64,000 nt of DNA from Opitutales bacterium (lineage in GTDB: Bacteria; Verrucomicrobiota; Verrucomicrobiia; Opitutales; JAVBMG01), in contig JAVBMG010000014.1 of assembly GCA_031552815.1 (NCBI GenBank), positions 77,251-141,250 of the forward strand, given 5' to 3'. The notes under the pieces are model-generated. The model was given only the letters and a program-made list of their open reading frames with translations, made no database searches and had not been told where the DNA came from. Positions 38,047 to 46,192 of this stretch are shown here, one piece after another. The position numbers were made by a program, and so were the translations under genes. Within the stretch, counting starts at the first letter, position 1; each line of letters opens with the position of its first letter.

Positions 38047-40371
38047 ATGAACGAACAGCACATTTTTAAAATTTCCAATGAACTCAAACTGGGCGTTGCC
38101 CAAGTCCTTAAGACCGCAGAATTACTGAAGGAAGGCGCAACGGTTCCCTTCATCTCACGTTACCGTAAGGAAGCTACCGGCTCATTGGATGAAGTCGCCA
38201 TCACCGCCATCCGGGACCGCCTTGAACAACTGGCTGAACTGGATACACGGCGCGACGCCATCATCAAATCACTGGAAGAACGAAACCTGCTGACCGACGA
38301 TCTGAAAAAAGCCATTGCGACAGCCGAAACGCTTGCCACCCTTGAAGACATTTATCTTCCCTACCGTCCGAAGCGCCGTACCCGCGCAACGATCGCAAAA
38401 GAAAAGGGACTGGAACCCCTCGCCCAATTCATCTTTGAAAACCAGTCGGCCGATCCGGCCGCAGAGGCAAAGAAATATCTTGTCGAATCCGAGGACAAGG
38501 ACAAGGCGGTAGCATCCGTTGAGGATGCCCTGGCAGGCGCGCGCGACATCCTCGCCGAACAGTTTTCCGAAGATGCCGAAGCCCGGGCGGAAATCAGAAA
38601 AATATTCATGGAGGAAGGCACCCTTTCCTCCAAAGTCGTGGACGGAAAAGAAACCGAAGGAGCCAAGTTCAAGGATTACTTTGACTGGAAGGAGCCGCTG
38701 AAGACTGCGCCCTCGCACCGCATTCTCGCCATCCGGCGAGGTGAAGAAGAAGGTTTTCTCTTCTATCGCATCACGCTTCCCGATGACCGCGCCGAAGTCA
38801 AACTCAAGGCACGCTTCATGCAAGGCAAAGGCGCCGGAGCCGAACAAGTCGCCCTTGCCGCAGAGGATTCTTTCAAACGCCTGCTGAGCCCATCGCTCGA
38901 AGGCGAGGCCCGTTTTGAATCAAAAAAGCGCGCCGATGCAGAAGCCATCAAGGTTTTTGCGGACAATCTCCGCGAACTTCTGCTCGCCTCCCCGCTCGGA
39001 CAACGCTGGACGCTTGCCATCGACCCGGGATTCCGCACAGGCTGCAAAACCGTTGTCCTTGATCCGCAAGGCAAGCTGCTTTTTGACACCGTGCTTTACA
39101 TCACTGCCGGTTCGGACATGCAAAAGACCGAGGCGGAAACCATTATCCGCGGGCTCATAAAGCAATTCAAGATTCAGGCCATTGCCATCGGCAACGGTAC
39201 CGCCAGCCGCGAAACAGAAACCTTTGTCCGCGGACTCAAGCTACCGGCAGACATTGCGGTCTGCGTGGTTAACGAAAGCGGCGCATCCATTTATTCCGCA
39301 TCCGAAGTAGCGCGCAAGGAATTCCCGGACAAGGATGTTACCGTCCGTGGAGCGGTTTCCATCGGACGCCGTCTTATGGACCCGCTCGCCGAGCTGGTAA
39401 AGCTCGATCCCAAATCCATCGGCGTAGGCCAATACCAGCACGACGTGGACCAACGTATGCTGAAAACCTCGCTGGATGATACCGTCACGAGCTGCGTAAA
39501 CAAGGTCGGCGTGGAATTAAACACCGCCAGCGCGGAACTGCTTTCCTACGTTTCCGGACTCACGAAAGCTACCGCCGAAAACATCGTTGCCTACCGCAAT
39601 GAAAACGGCGCCTTTGCCGCACGTTCCGATCTGAAAAAAGTGCCGCGCCTCGGACCGAAAGCCTTTGAACAATGCGCCGGATTCCTGCGCATCCGCAACG
39701 GGAAACACCCGCTCGACGGATCAGGCGTACACCCCGAAAGTTACCATATCGTGGAACAGATGGCAAAAGACCTCAACTGCACGATTCCCGATCTTTTATC
39801 CAATGACGCCCTCCGCAAGAAAATCAAACCGGAGAGTTATCTCACGGACACCGTTGGTCTTCCCACCCTGCAAGACATCTTACAGGAACTTGCCAAACCC
39901 GGACGCGACCCGCGTGCGGAATTCGAAAGTTTTTCCTTTGATGCCGGCGTCCATGAAATCACGGACCTGAAAGAAGGCATGAAACTTCCCGGTATCGTCA
40001 CGAATGTGACGGCCTTCGGCGCCTTTGTGGATATCGGTGTCCACCAGGACGGACTCGTTCACGTCTCGCAGCTTTCCGACAGTTTTGTCACTAATCCCGC
40101 CGATGTCGTCAAGGTACACCAGAAAGTGATGGTTACCGTCACGGAAGTTGACGTCGCGCGCAAACGCATCGGCTTATCCATGAAAACCGTTGCGGACAAA
40201 CCGGCCCGCAGTGTCGGCGACAATCGCGGCGGCAGCATGGGAAGCCCGGGCAGAGGCGGTAACATGAACCGCCCGCAAGGCGGCCAACGGCCCAACAACC
40301 CTTCGCGCGGCAATCAGAATTTCGGGAACAGTTTCGGTTCGCTCTTTGACGACGCATTCAAAAAGAAATAA
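38047..40371 (+). CDS. tex: Transcription accessory protein Tex (S1 domain) with a Gly/Arg/Asn-rich C-terminal tail
   Basis: PFISRYRKEATG, a YqgF-like region, HhH motifs and a C-terminal S1 domain (GIVTNVTAFGAFVDIG). Confidence 0.9.
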   Translation: MNEQHIFKISNELKLGVAQVLKTAELLKEGATVPFISRYRKEATGSLDEVAITAIRDRLEQLAELDTRRDAIIKSLEERNLLTDDLKKAIATAETLATLEDIYLPYRPKRRTRATIAKEKGLEPLAQFIFENQSADPAAEAKKYLVESEDKDKAVASVEDALAGARDILAEQFSEDAEARAEIRKIFMEEGTLSSKVVDGKETEGAKFKDYFDWKEPLKTAPSHRILAIRRGEEEGFLFYRITLPDDRAEVKLKARFMQGKGAGAEQVALAAEDSFKRLLSPSLEGEARFESKKRADAEAIKVFADNLRELLLASPLGQRWTLAIDPGFRTGCKTVVLDPQGKLLFDTVLYITAGSDMQKTEAETIIRGLIKQFKIQAIAIGNGTASRETETFVRGLKLPADIAVCVVNESGASIYSASEVARKEFPDKDVTVRGAVSIGRRLMDPLAELVKLDPKSIGVGQYQHDVDQRMLKTSLDDTVTSCVNKVGVELNTASAELLSYVSGLTKATAENIVAYRNENGAFAARSDLKKVPRLGPKAFEQCAGFLRIRNGKHPLDGSGVHPESYHIVEQMAKDLNCTIPDLLSNDALRKKIKPESYLTDTVGLPTLQDILQELAKPGRDPRAEFESFSFDAGVHEITDLKEGMKLPGIVTNVTAFGAFVDIGVHQDGLVHVSQLSDSFVTNPADVVKVHQKVMVTVTEVDVARKRIGLSMKTVADKPARSVGDNRGGSMGSPGRGGNMNRPQGGQRPNNPSRGNQNFGNSFGSLFDDAFKKK

Positions 40372-40491
40372 CGCGGACGGATGAGCGGAACGTGGAGACA
40401 GGTATGGGGAAATAGCTTGCCCCTATCTGAAATCCGTGGCATCTGTATTTTACTCCTGCAACCGTATTCCGTTCGCATGGTTTAACCTATT

Positions 40492-42510
40492 ATGATCAGA
40501 AAACCCTTACTTTTACTTTCCCTGTCATTATTACTTGCGATTTCCGCCAAGCTTACAGCCAAAAACAATAGTGACTACGTAAACCTCTTTATCGGCACTT
40601 CCGGCGACAACGGACAGGTCGATCCGGGCGCAGGCGTTCCTTTCGGCATGGTACGCGTCTGTCCTGACACGGAACCCAGACAGCATCCGGGCTATGACTA
40701 CTCCGCAGAAAAAATCCGCGGTATTTCCATCAACCGCCTTTCGGGTGTCGGCTGCAGCGGCGCAGGCGGTAACCTCCTTATCAAACCCGCCCCTTTCGAC
40801 CAGGAAGTAAAAATCAGGAAGAGCACGGAGAAAGCGTTTCCGGGATATTACGAAACCGGCTTTGACAACGGTGTTACCGCCAGGCTCACGGCAACAAACA
40901 ATGTCGCTGTCGAAGAATATACATTCACCCAGGGAGACAAGTCTGTTCTCAGCATCAATTTTTCCTCCGCCTTTGAAAATTTCCGTGAGGAAAACCACAG
41001 CTTCATTTCCGACACGGAAATCGAAGGTTTCGTGCGCGCTGCCAACGTGTGCGGCCACGGCCGTTACAAGCTGTTCTTCCATATAAAGACAAGCCAGCCT
41101 TTCACGGTAGAATCAGATAAGGACCACAAAGCGCAACTGGTTTTCCCGCAGGGAAAGAGCAAACCGGTTGAAGTCCGCATCGCCATTTCATCCGTGGACC
41201 AGGCCACGGCCAAAGAAGAAAATGTTCTCGCCGGTAAACAGAGCGCTGCCGCGATACGCGCAGAAGCCGCAAAACAATGGGAAGCAAAACTCGCGCGGAT
41301 CACCGTGGAAGGCGATGAAAACGAGAAGACCATTTTCTATACCTCGCTTTACCGTGTTTATCTCAGCCCGGCCAATGTTACTTCCTGCGACAATAAATAT
41401 CTCGGTACCGACGGAAAAATCCACGTAGCAGAAGGATTCACTTACTACAGTTCATGGTCACTCTGGGATTCCTTCCGCACAAAGTTCCCGTTGATTGTTC
41501 TCACCGAACCCAAAATCATGCGGGACATTTCCTGCTCGCTGATCAAACTCTACGAGACAGGAAAGGAAGACTGGTCCACGCGCAATGAAGCCACGCCAAC
41601 CGTCCGCACCGAGCACGCCGTTATTCTTTTATTGGATGCTTACCGCAAAGGCATCACCGACATTGATTTCAAAGACGGTTATTTCGGGATGCTGGAAGAA
41701 GCGGAACGCCTTCCGATGAAATCACCCGACCAGAAACTGGAATCCAGTTACGACCTCTGGGCGCTTGCCCAGATCGCCGATATTGTCGGAAAAGAAGAGG
41801 ATGCCAAAAATATCCGGGAAAAATCCGAAACGCTTTTTGAAGAAACCTGGAAAAAAGATTTCATGAATGTGGATTCCACCTACGGACAGATGCGTGGTAA
41901 TGGCTTGTATCAGGGAACCCGCTGGCAGTATCGTTGGGCAGCCCCCCAATACATTGACAAAATGATCGAGTACGTCGGCAGCCAGGAAACACTCCGCAAG
42001 CAACTGGAAACCTTCTTTGCCGAAACCCACTACAATCAGGGTAACGAACCCGACATCCATGTGCCTTTTCTTTTCAACCGTTTCGGCGCTCCCGAGAAGA
42101 CACAGGATATTGTCCGCAGACTCCTGACCGACGATACCATGATCCACCGCTACGGCGGTAACGCCGAATTTCCGAAACCTTATGTCGGCAGGGCTTTCAA
42201 AAACGGACCTGAAGGCTTTATGCCTGAAATGGACGAAGACGACGGTACCATGGGAGCCTGGTATGTATTCAGCTCAATGGGTTTCTATCCGATGATTGTC
42301 GGTTCACCGGAATACGAAATTGTTTCCCCGATTTTTGACAAGGTAACGATCCATCTTGAAAACGGGAAAACATTCAAAATTCTGACCAAGAACAGAAAGA
42401 ATATAAATGACCCGATAAAAAGCATAACCTTAAATGGGCAGGCATATACAAAATATCAACTGCGACACGCCGCCATTGAAAATGGCGGGACGTTAGAACT
42501 CTGCTATTAA
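40492..42510 (+). CDS. Glycoside hydrolase family 92 (alpha-mannosidase-like), secreted
   Basis: Signal peptide, and DYVNLFIGTSGDNGQVDPGAGVPFGMV, the typical GH92 N-terminal signature. Confidence 0.75.
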   Translation: MIRKPLLLLSLSLLLAISAKLTAKNNSDYVNLFIGTSGDNGQVDPGAGVPFGMVRVCPDTEPRQHPGYDYSAEKIRGISINRLSGVGCSGAGGNLLIKPAPFDQEVKIRKSTEKAFPGYYETGFDNGVTARLTATNNVAVEEYTFTQGDKSVLSINFSSAFENFREENHSFISDTEIEGFVRAANVCGHGRYKLFFHIKTSQPFTVESDKDHKAQLVFPQGKSKPVEVRIAISSVDQATAKEENVLAGKQSAAAIRAEAAKQWEAKLARITVEGDENEKTIFYTSLYRVYLSPANVTSCDNKYLGTDGKIHVAEGFTYYSSWSLWDSFRTKFPLIVLTEPKIMRDISCSLIKLYETGKEDWSTRNEATPTVRTEHAVILLLDAYRKGITDIDFKDGYFGMLEEAERLPMKSPDQKLESSYDLWALAQIADIVGKEEDAKNIREKSETLFEETWKKDFMNVDSTYGQMRGNGLYQGTRWQYRWAAPQYIDKMIEYVGSQETLRKQLETFFAETHYNQGNEPDIHVPFLFNRFGAPEKTQDIVRRLLTDDTMIHRYGGNAEFPKPYVGRAFKNGPEGFMPEMDEDDGTMGAWYVFSSMGFYPMIVGSPEYEIVSPIFDKVTIHLENGKTFKILTKNRKNINDPIKSITLNGQAYTKYQLRHAAIENGGTLELCY

Positions 42511-42519
42511 CCTTCAAAG

Positions 42520-42551
42520 CAGCATGATTGGCTATGGCCGATTTTCAATTC
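42520..42551 (+). repeat. Left arm of the inverted repeat flanking the GH78-like gene
   Basis: cagcatgattggctatggccgattttcaattc is the exact reverse complement of 45050-45081. Imperfect similarity (20 of 31) continues inward to about 42582. Confidence 0.9.
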
Positions 42552-42600
42552 CCCCATTAATTGACATGACGATTGCTTTTGTTTTCTTATTTAATCTTTT

Positions 42601-44919
42601 ATGAATGTGATGAATAAAATATGTACTTTTTCTTTGTTCCTGATCTTTTTATGTTTTTGTCCGGTTTGTTTTGTAAAAGCAATTGATCTGGAAGGTACAA
42701 AATGGATATCTGTGGATGAACAACTTTTCGGGGAAAACCAATGGATTTGTTTCCGTAAAGATTTTCATGTAAGCAAAAAAAATGAAAAAGCGGATTTTTA
42801 TATTGCTGTTGATTCCAAATACTGGTTGTGGATAAATGGTGAACCGGTTGTTTTTGAAGGAGGATTAAAACGTGGTCCCAATCCAAATGACACCTATATG
42901 GATCATATAAATATAGGGCCGTATCTTACGAAAGGTAAAAATACGATTGCCATATTGATGTGGTATTGGGGAAAAGATGGTTATTGTCATAAGAACAGTG
43001 GCAAGCCGGGATTATTAGCAAAGCTTATGTCAGGTAGGAACTATATTTCTACGGACGAAACATGGAAAGTCAAAATACATCCGGCATATGGAAAATCGGG
43101 TGAGCCTTATCCGAATTATCGTCTACCGGAAACAAATATTCATTTTGATGCAAGAAATGATATGGAGGGCTGGGAAACGTCTGATTTTTCGGATATCCAT
43201 TGGGAAAATGCAAGTGTACAGGGAGTCTATCCATGTGAACCATGGAATATATTGCATGAGCGCCCAATTCCGAACTGGCATGATTCAGGAATTGTCAGTT
43301 ATAAGGAAATATTGAAACAGACGGATGGAGAGAAGCAGATAATCAAGGCTAGGCTTCCCCGAAATATCAGTATAACGCCTTATATGAAGATAATAGCAAC
43401 AGAAGGAAAGTTAATCGATATACGTACGGATAATTATAAAGGTGGTAGTGAATATAATGTGAGGGCAGAATATATTACGAAAGACGGAATCCAAGAATTT
43501 GAGGCATATAATTATGTAAACGGACAGTATGTAATCTATACAATGCCTGTTGATGTGGCAATTATCGAATTGGGTTATCGGGAAACAAGATATAATACGG
43601 AGCATATCGGAAAGTTTGAATGCAATGATGATTTTTATAATGTTTTGTGGCAAAAAGCCCTCAACACGATGAATCTGAATATGCGTGATGCTATACAGGA
43701 TCCGGACCGGGAACGGTCGCAATGGTGGGGAGATGCCGTAATTGTTTCAGGCGAGATTTTTTATAGTTGTGATGCGAATGGCGTTCAGGCAATTAAAAAA
43801 GCAATCCGGAATCTGGTTGACTGGCAAAAAGAGAACGGGGTATTATATTCTCCTGTTCCGGCAGGTTCATGGGATAGGGAACTACCTGCGCAGATGTTGG
43901 CTAGTATCGGTAAATATGGATTCTGGAATTATTATGTATATAGCGGTGACCGTGAAACAATTGAATATGTTTATCCTTCGGTAAAAAAATATTTGTCTTT
44001 ATGGGGATTTGATGAAAAAGGACTTGTGATACATCGTAATGGTGACTGGGATTGGCAGGATTGGGGTACGCATGTAGACGTTGCCGTCATTGATAATGCG
44101 TGGTATTATCTGGCATTGGAAGCAGCAGAAAATATGGCAAATCTTCTTGGGCACAAAGAGGACGCGCTGGCATATGCTCAAAAAAGAAAAATTATAAAAG
44201 AAGCGGTGAACCGGCATTTTTGGAATGGGAGAGAATACCGAGATCCTCTATATAAAGGAAATACTGATGACCGGGCAAACGGATTGGCTGTATTGGCCGG
44301 CTTTGCAAATGTGGAAAAATGGGAAACGATCCGGCATTTTCTGAACGAATATGCCAATGCAAGTCCCTATATGGAAAAGTATATACTGGAATCATATTTT
44401 CACCAAAATGATGCAGTAGGTGGGTTGGAAAGAATGAAAAACCGTTATCAATACATGGTAAATCATGAGCTTACGACTTTATGGGAAGACTGGCAGATTG
44501 GTGGTCATGGCGGTGGCAGCATCAATCATGGTTGGGCAGGAGGACCTTTAACGCTTTTATCTCAATATGTGGCAGGAATAAAGCCTTTGGAATCCGGTTG
44601 GAAATCCTTTATCATCAAACCTCAGTTAGGGAACCTGGAATGGGTAAATTGTATTGTTCCGGCAGGAAATGAAACAATCCGGGTACAAATAAAAAAACAA
44701 AATAACCATTTCTCAATTGAAACGGATAATACGCTCCAATCTGCTTTTATAATAGCTGTCCCGAAAATGAAAGGGAAACAAATTATTATTAATGAAAAAG
44801 TATATGATTTTAATAATTTTTCGAAGGTAAATGAAAAATATATCCAGTATGAAGAATCTGATGAGGAGTATATCTATTTTAAATCTGATTTGCAGAAAAT
44901 AAAAATTGTAGTTCAGTAA
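42601..44919 (+). CDS. GH78-like alpha-L-rhamnosidase (six-hairpin glycosidase), secreted; AT-rich gene
   Basis: Signal peptide, and a DRERSQWWGDA motif typical of the rhamnosidase (alpha/alpha)6 domain. Composition is markedly AT-rich. Confidence 0.6.
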   Translation: MNVMNKICTFSLFLIFLCFCPVCFVKAIDLEGTKWISVDEQLFGENQWICFRKDFHVSKKNEKADFYIAVDSKYWLWINGEPVVFEGGLKRGPNPNDTYMDHINIGPYLTKGKNTIAILMWYWGKDGYCHKNSGKPGLLAKLMSGRNYISTDETWKVKIHPAYGKSGEPYPNYRLPETNIHFDARNDMEGWETSDFSDIHWENASVQGVYPCEPWNILHERPIPNWHDSGIVSYKEILKQTDGEKQIIKARLPRNISITPYMKIIATEGKLIDIRTDNYKGGSEYNVRAEYITKDGIQEFEAYNYVNGQYVIYTMPVDVAIIELGYRETRYNTEHIGKFECNDDFYNVLWQKALNTMNLNMRDAIQDPDRERSQWWGDAVIVSGEIFYSCDANGVQAIKKAIRNLVDWQKENGVLYSPVPAGSWDRELPAQMLASIGKYGFWNYYVYSGDRETIEYVYPSVKKYLSLWGFDEKGLVIHRNGDWDWQDWGTHVDVAVIDNAWYYLALEAAENMANLLGHKEDALAYAQKRKIIKEAVNRHFWNGREYRDPLYKGNTDDRANGLAVLAGFANVEKWETIRHFLNEYANASPYMEKYILESYFHQNDAVGGLERMKNRYQYMVNHELTTLWEDWQIGGHGGGSINHGWAGGPLTLLSQYVAGIKPLESGWKSFIIKPQLGNLEWVNCIVPAGNETIRVQIKKQNNHFSIETDNTLQSAFIIAVPKMKGKQIIINEKVYDFNNFSKVNEKYIQYEESDEEYIYFKSDLQKIKIVVQ

Positions 44920-45049
44920 CTTAATCTTTTCCCCTTTAAGGCAATGTTGTTATAAGTTAAGAAATAGTCATTGCGAGTACCCACCCAAAAATTGGGCGCC
45001 AAAGAGATAATGACGAGCATTAAAACTATCGTCATTTCGATCGAAGAGA

Positions 45050-45081
45050 GAATTGAAAATCGGCCATAGCCAATCATGCTG
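45050..45081 (-). repeat. Right arm of the inverted repeat flanking the GH78-like gene
   Basis: gaattgaaaatcggccatagccaatcatgctg is the exact reverse complement of 42520-42551. Confidence 0.9.
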
Positions 45082-45086
45082 TTTTT

Positions 45087-45342
45087 TTAATCCGCAAGCC
45101 TTTGATACATAATTGTAACTATACTTTTTATTTGATTGCCCAACTCGGGTGGATTCAAAACCTGAGCATGTTCCCCCCCAGCTCAAAACCCAGCGAATTA
45201 CTTCCTCGAAATGCGTCAGTTTAAGTTGCAGTTCTAATTCGCCATTCGTCTGCTCAACAATCTTTTGGGAATCATGCCACAATCGTTCCCGAATAAATGC
45301 TGCCGAAAATAAGAACCTAGAAAGCCTAGTCGCGACAACAGA
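45087..45342 (-). pseudogene. 3' remnant of a WYL-domain transcriptional regulator (C-terminal WCX-like domain only), frameshifted in a C7/G7 run
   Basis: The minus-strand translation reads FIRERLWHDSQKIVEQTNGELELQLKLTHFEEVIRWVLSWG. Removing one G from the G7 run (plus-strand C7 at 45173-45179) continues it as EHAQVLNPPELGNQIKSIVTIMYQRLAD-stop (stop at 45087-45089). This is the canonical WYL-protein C-terminus. The HTH and WYL domains are absent. Confidence 0.5.
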
Positions 45343-45517
45343 TCATACACTTGGGAAACCTGATCTGCCTAAAATCGGAGATATTGATGCAACATATGTA
45401 TCTAAAGATGCATCCAGAATTAGAAGAGAATTAGAAAAAAATCCAAAATTGAGAGATGCTTTCCGACAAGCAAGAGACCCAAGCATAAATGATTTAGATA
45501 AAACAAAAAAACAGTAG
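45290..45517 (+). pseudogene. 5'-truncated coding fragment, upstream part of the 45601-46140 ORF, separated from it by a frameshift at an A7 run
   Basis: This frame-2 segment (NLESLVATTDHTLGKPDLPKIGDIDATYVSKDASRIRRELEKNPKLRD...) has no start codon of its own downstream of the WYL remnant. It ends at TAG 45515-45517. Frame 1 is open from 45502. Confidence 0.3.
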
Positions 45518-45600
45518 TTCATAATAATCAAAGCAATCGTTATACAGATACTTCACTAATTAAAATCAAAGAATCTCCATTTAGAAAGGTTTCTCGCAGG

Positions 45601-46140
45601 ATGTCGTTCCTACTTGGTATTAGTGGTGCAGCTTTCACAACAGTTCAAGATGGATATGAAGCATGGGAAGCATTCAGTGACCCATCACAAAGTTTAGCAC
45701 TCGCCTCACTTAAAGGAATTAAAGCAACGGGAAGAGGTGCTGAAACCGGAATATTATTTTTCCGTCATTTCATCAAAAGCGCTAATAAATATTTTTTGCC
45801 TGTAGCTATCGGAGTAGAATATACATCTGGAGCAATTACGGTTTATGAGTATAATTTAGGAAAGATCTCAAATTTTGATTTTTATAGAAAAATAAGCGGA
45901 CCTTCTATTTTTGCTGCATTCACAGCAGGAGGCGCCGTCATTGGAGGTTTTACTGGAGGAGTTTCTAGTGCAGGAGCTGGAGCTGTCCCTGGAGCATTGA
46001 CAGGTGCAGAGATCGGAGCCCTAATTGCCATTCCTGTACAAATTGGTGTAGATTATACCTTTGAATGGTGGTACAAAAAATTTAATGAAGAGCAAGAGGC
46101 CCGGGTTGAAATTGCGATTCGTAGCTTATACTTCAATTGA
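45601..46140 (+). CDS. Hypothetical glycine-zipper membrane protein (possibly the C-terminal part of a decayed pore-forming toxin-like gene)
   Basis: 179-aa ORF containing GGAVIGGFTGGVSSAGAGAVPGALTGAEIGALIAIP, a run of GxxxG repeats. The sequence is very AT-rich. I recognise no family. Confidence 0.35.
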   Translation: MSFLLGISGAAFTTVQDGYEAWEAFSDPSQSLALASLKGIKATGRGAETGILFFRHFIKSANKYFLPVAIGVEYTSGAITVYEYNLGKISNFDFYRKISGPSIFAAFTAGGAVIGGFTGGVSSAGAGAVPGALTGAEIGALIAIPVQIGVDYTFEWWYKKFNEEQEARVEIAIRSLYFN

Positions 46141-46192
46141 AAGATTTTTTGAGCGACAAGGGTTGCCATTCAGGTTTATAATCGCCGGCAAG

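Noticed and set aside
42552-45049. A transposase or recombinase inside the inverted-repeat-flanked segment, which would make it a conventional IS or transposon.
   Set aside because: The only substantial ORF is the GH78-like gene. The other ORFs inside are short antisense or shadow frames with no DDE, HUH, serine- or tyrosine-recombinase motifs.
45149-45290. N-terminal 45 aa of ORF 45149-45517 (MDSKPEHVPPQLKTQRITSS...) as a real start of a 122-aa protein.
   Set aside because: This part is simply the antisense of the WYL-regulator remnant and has no coding-like features. Only the portion after about 45290 looks like genuine, truncated coding sequence.
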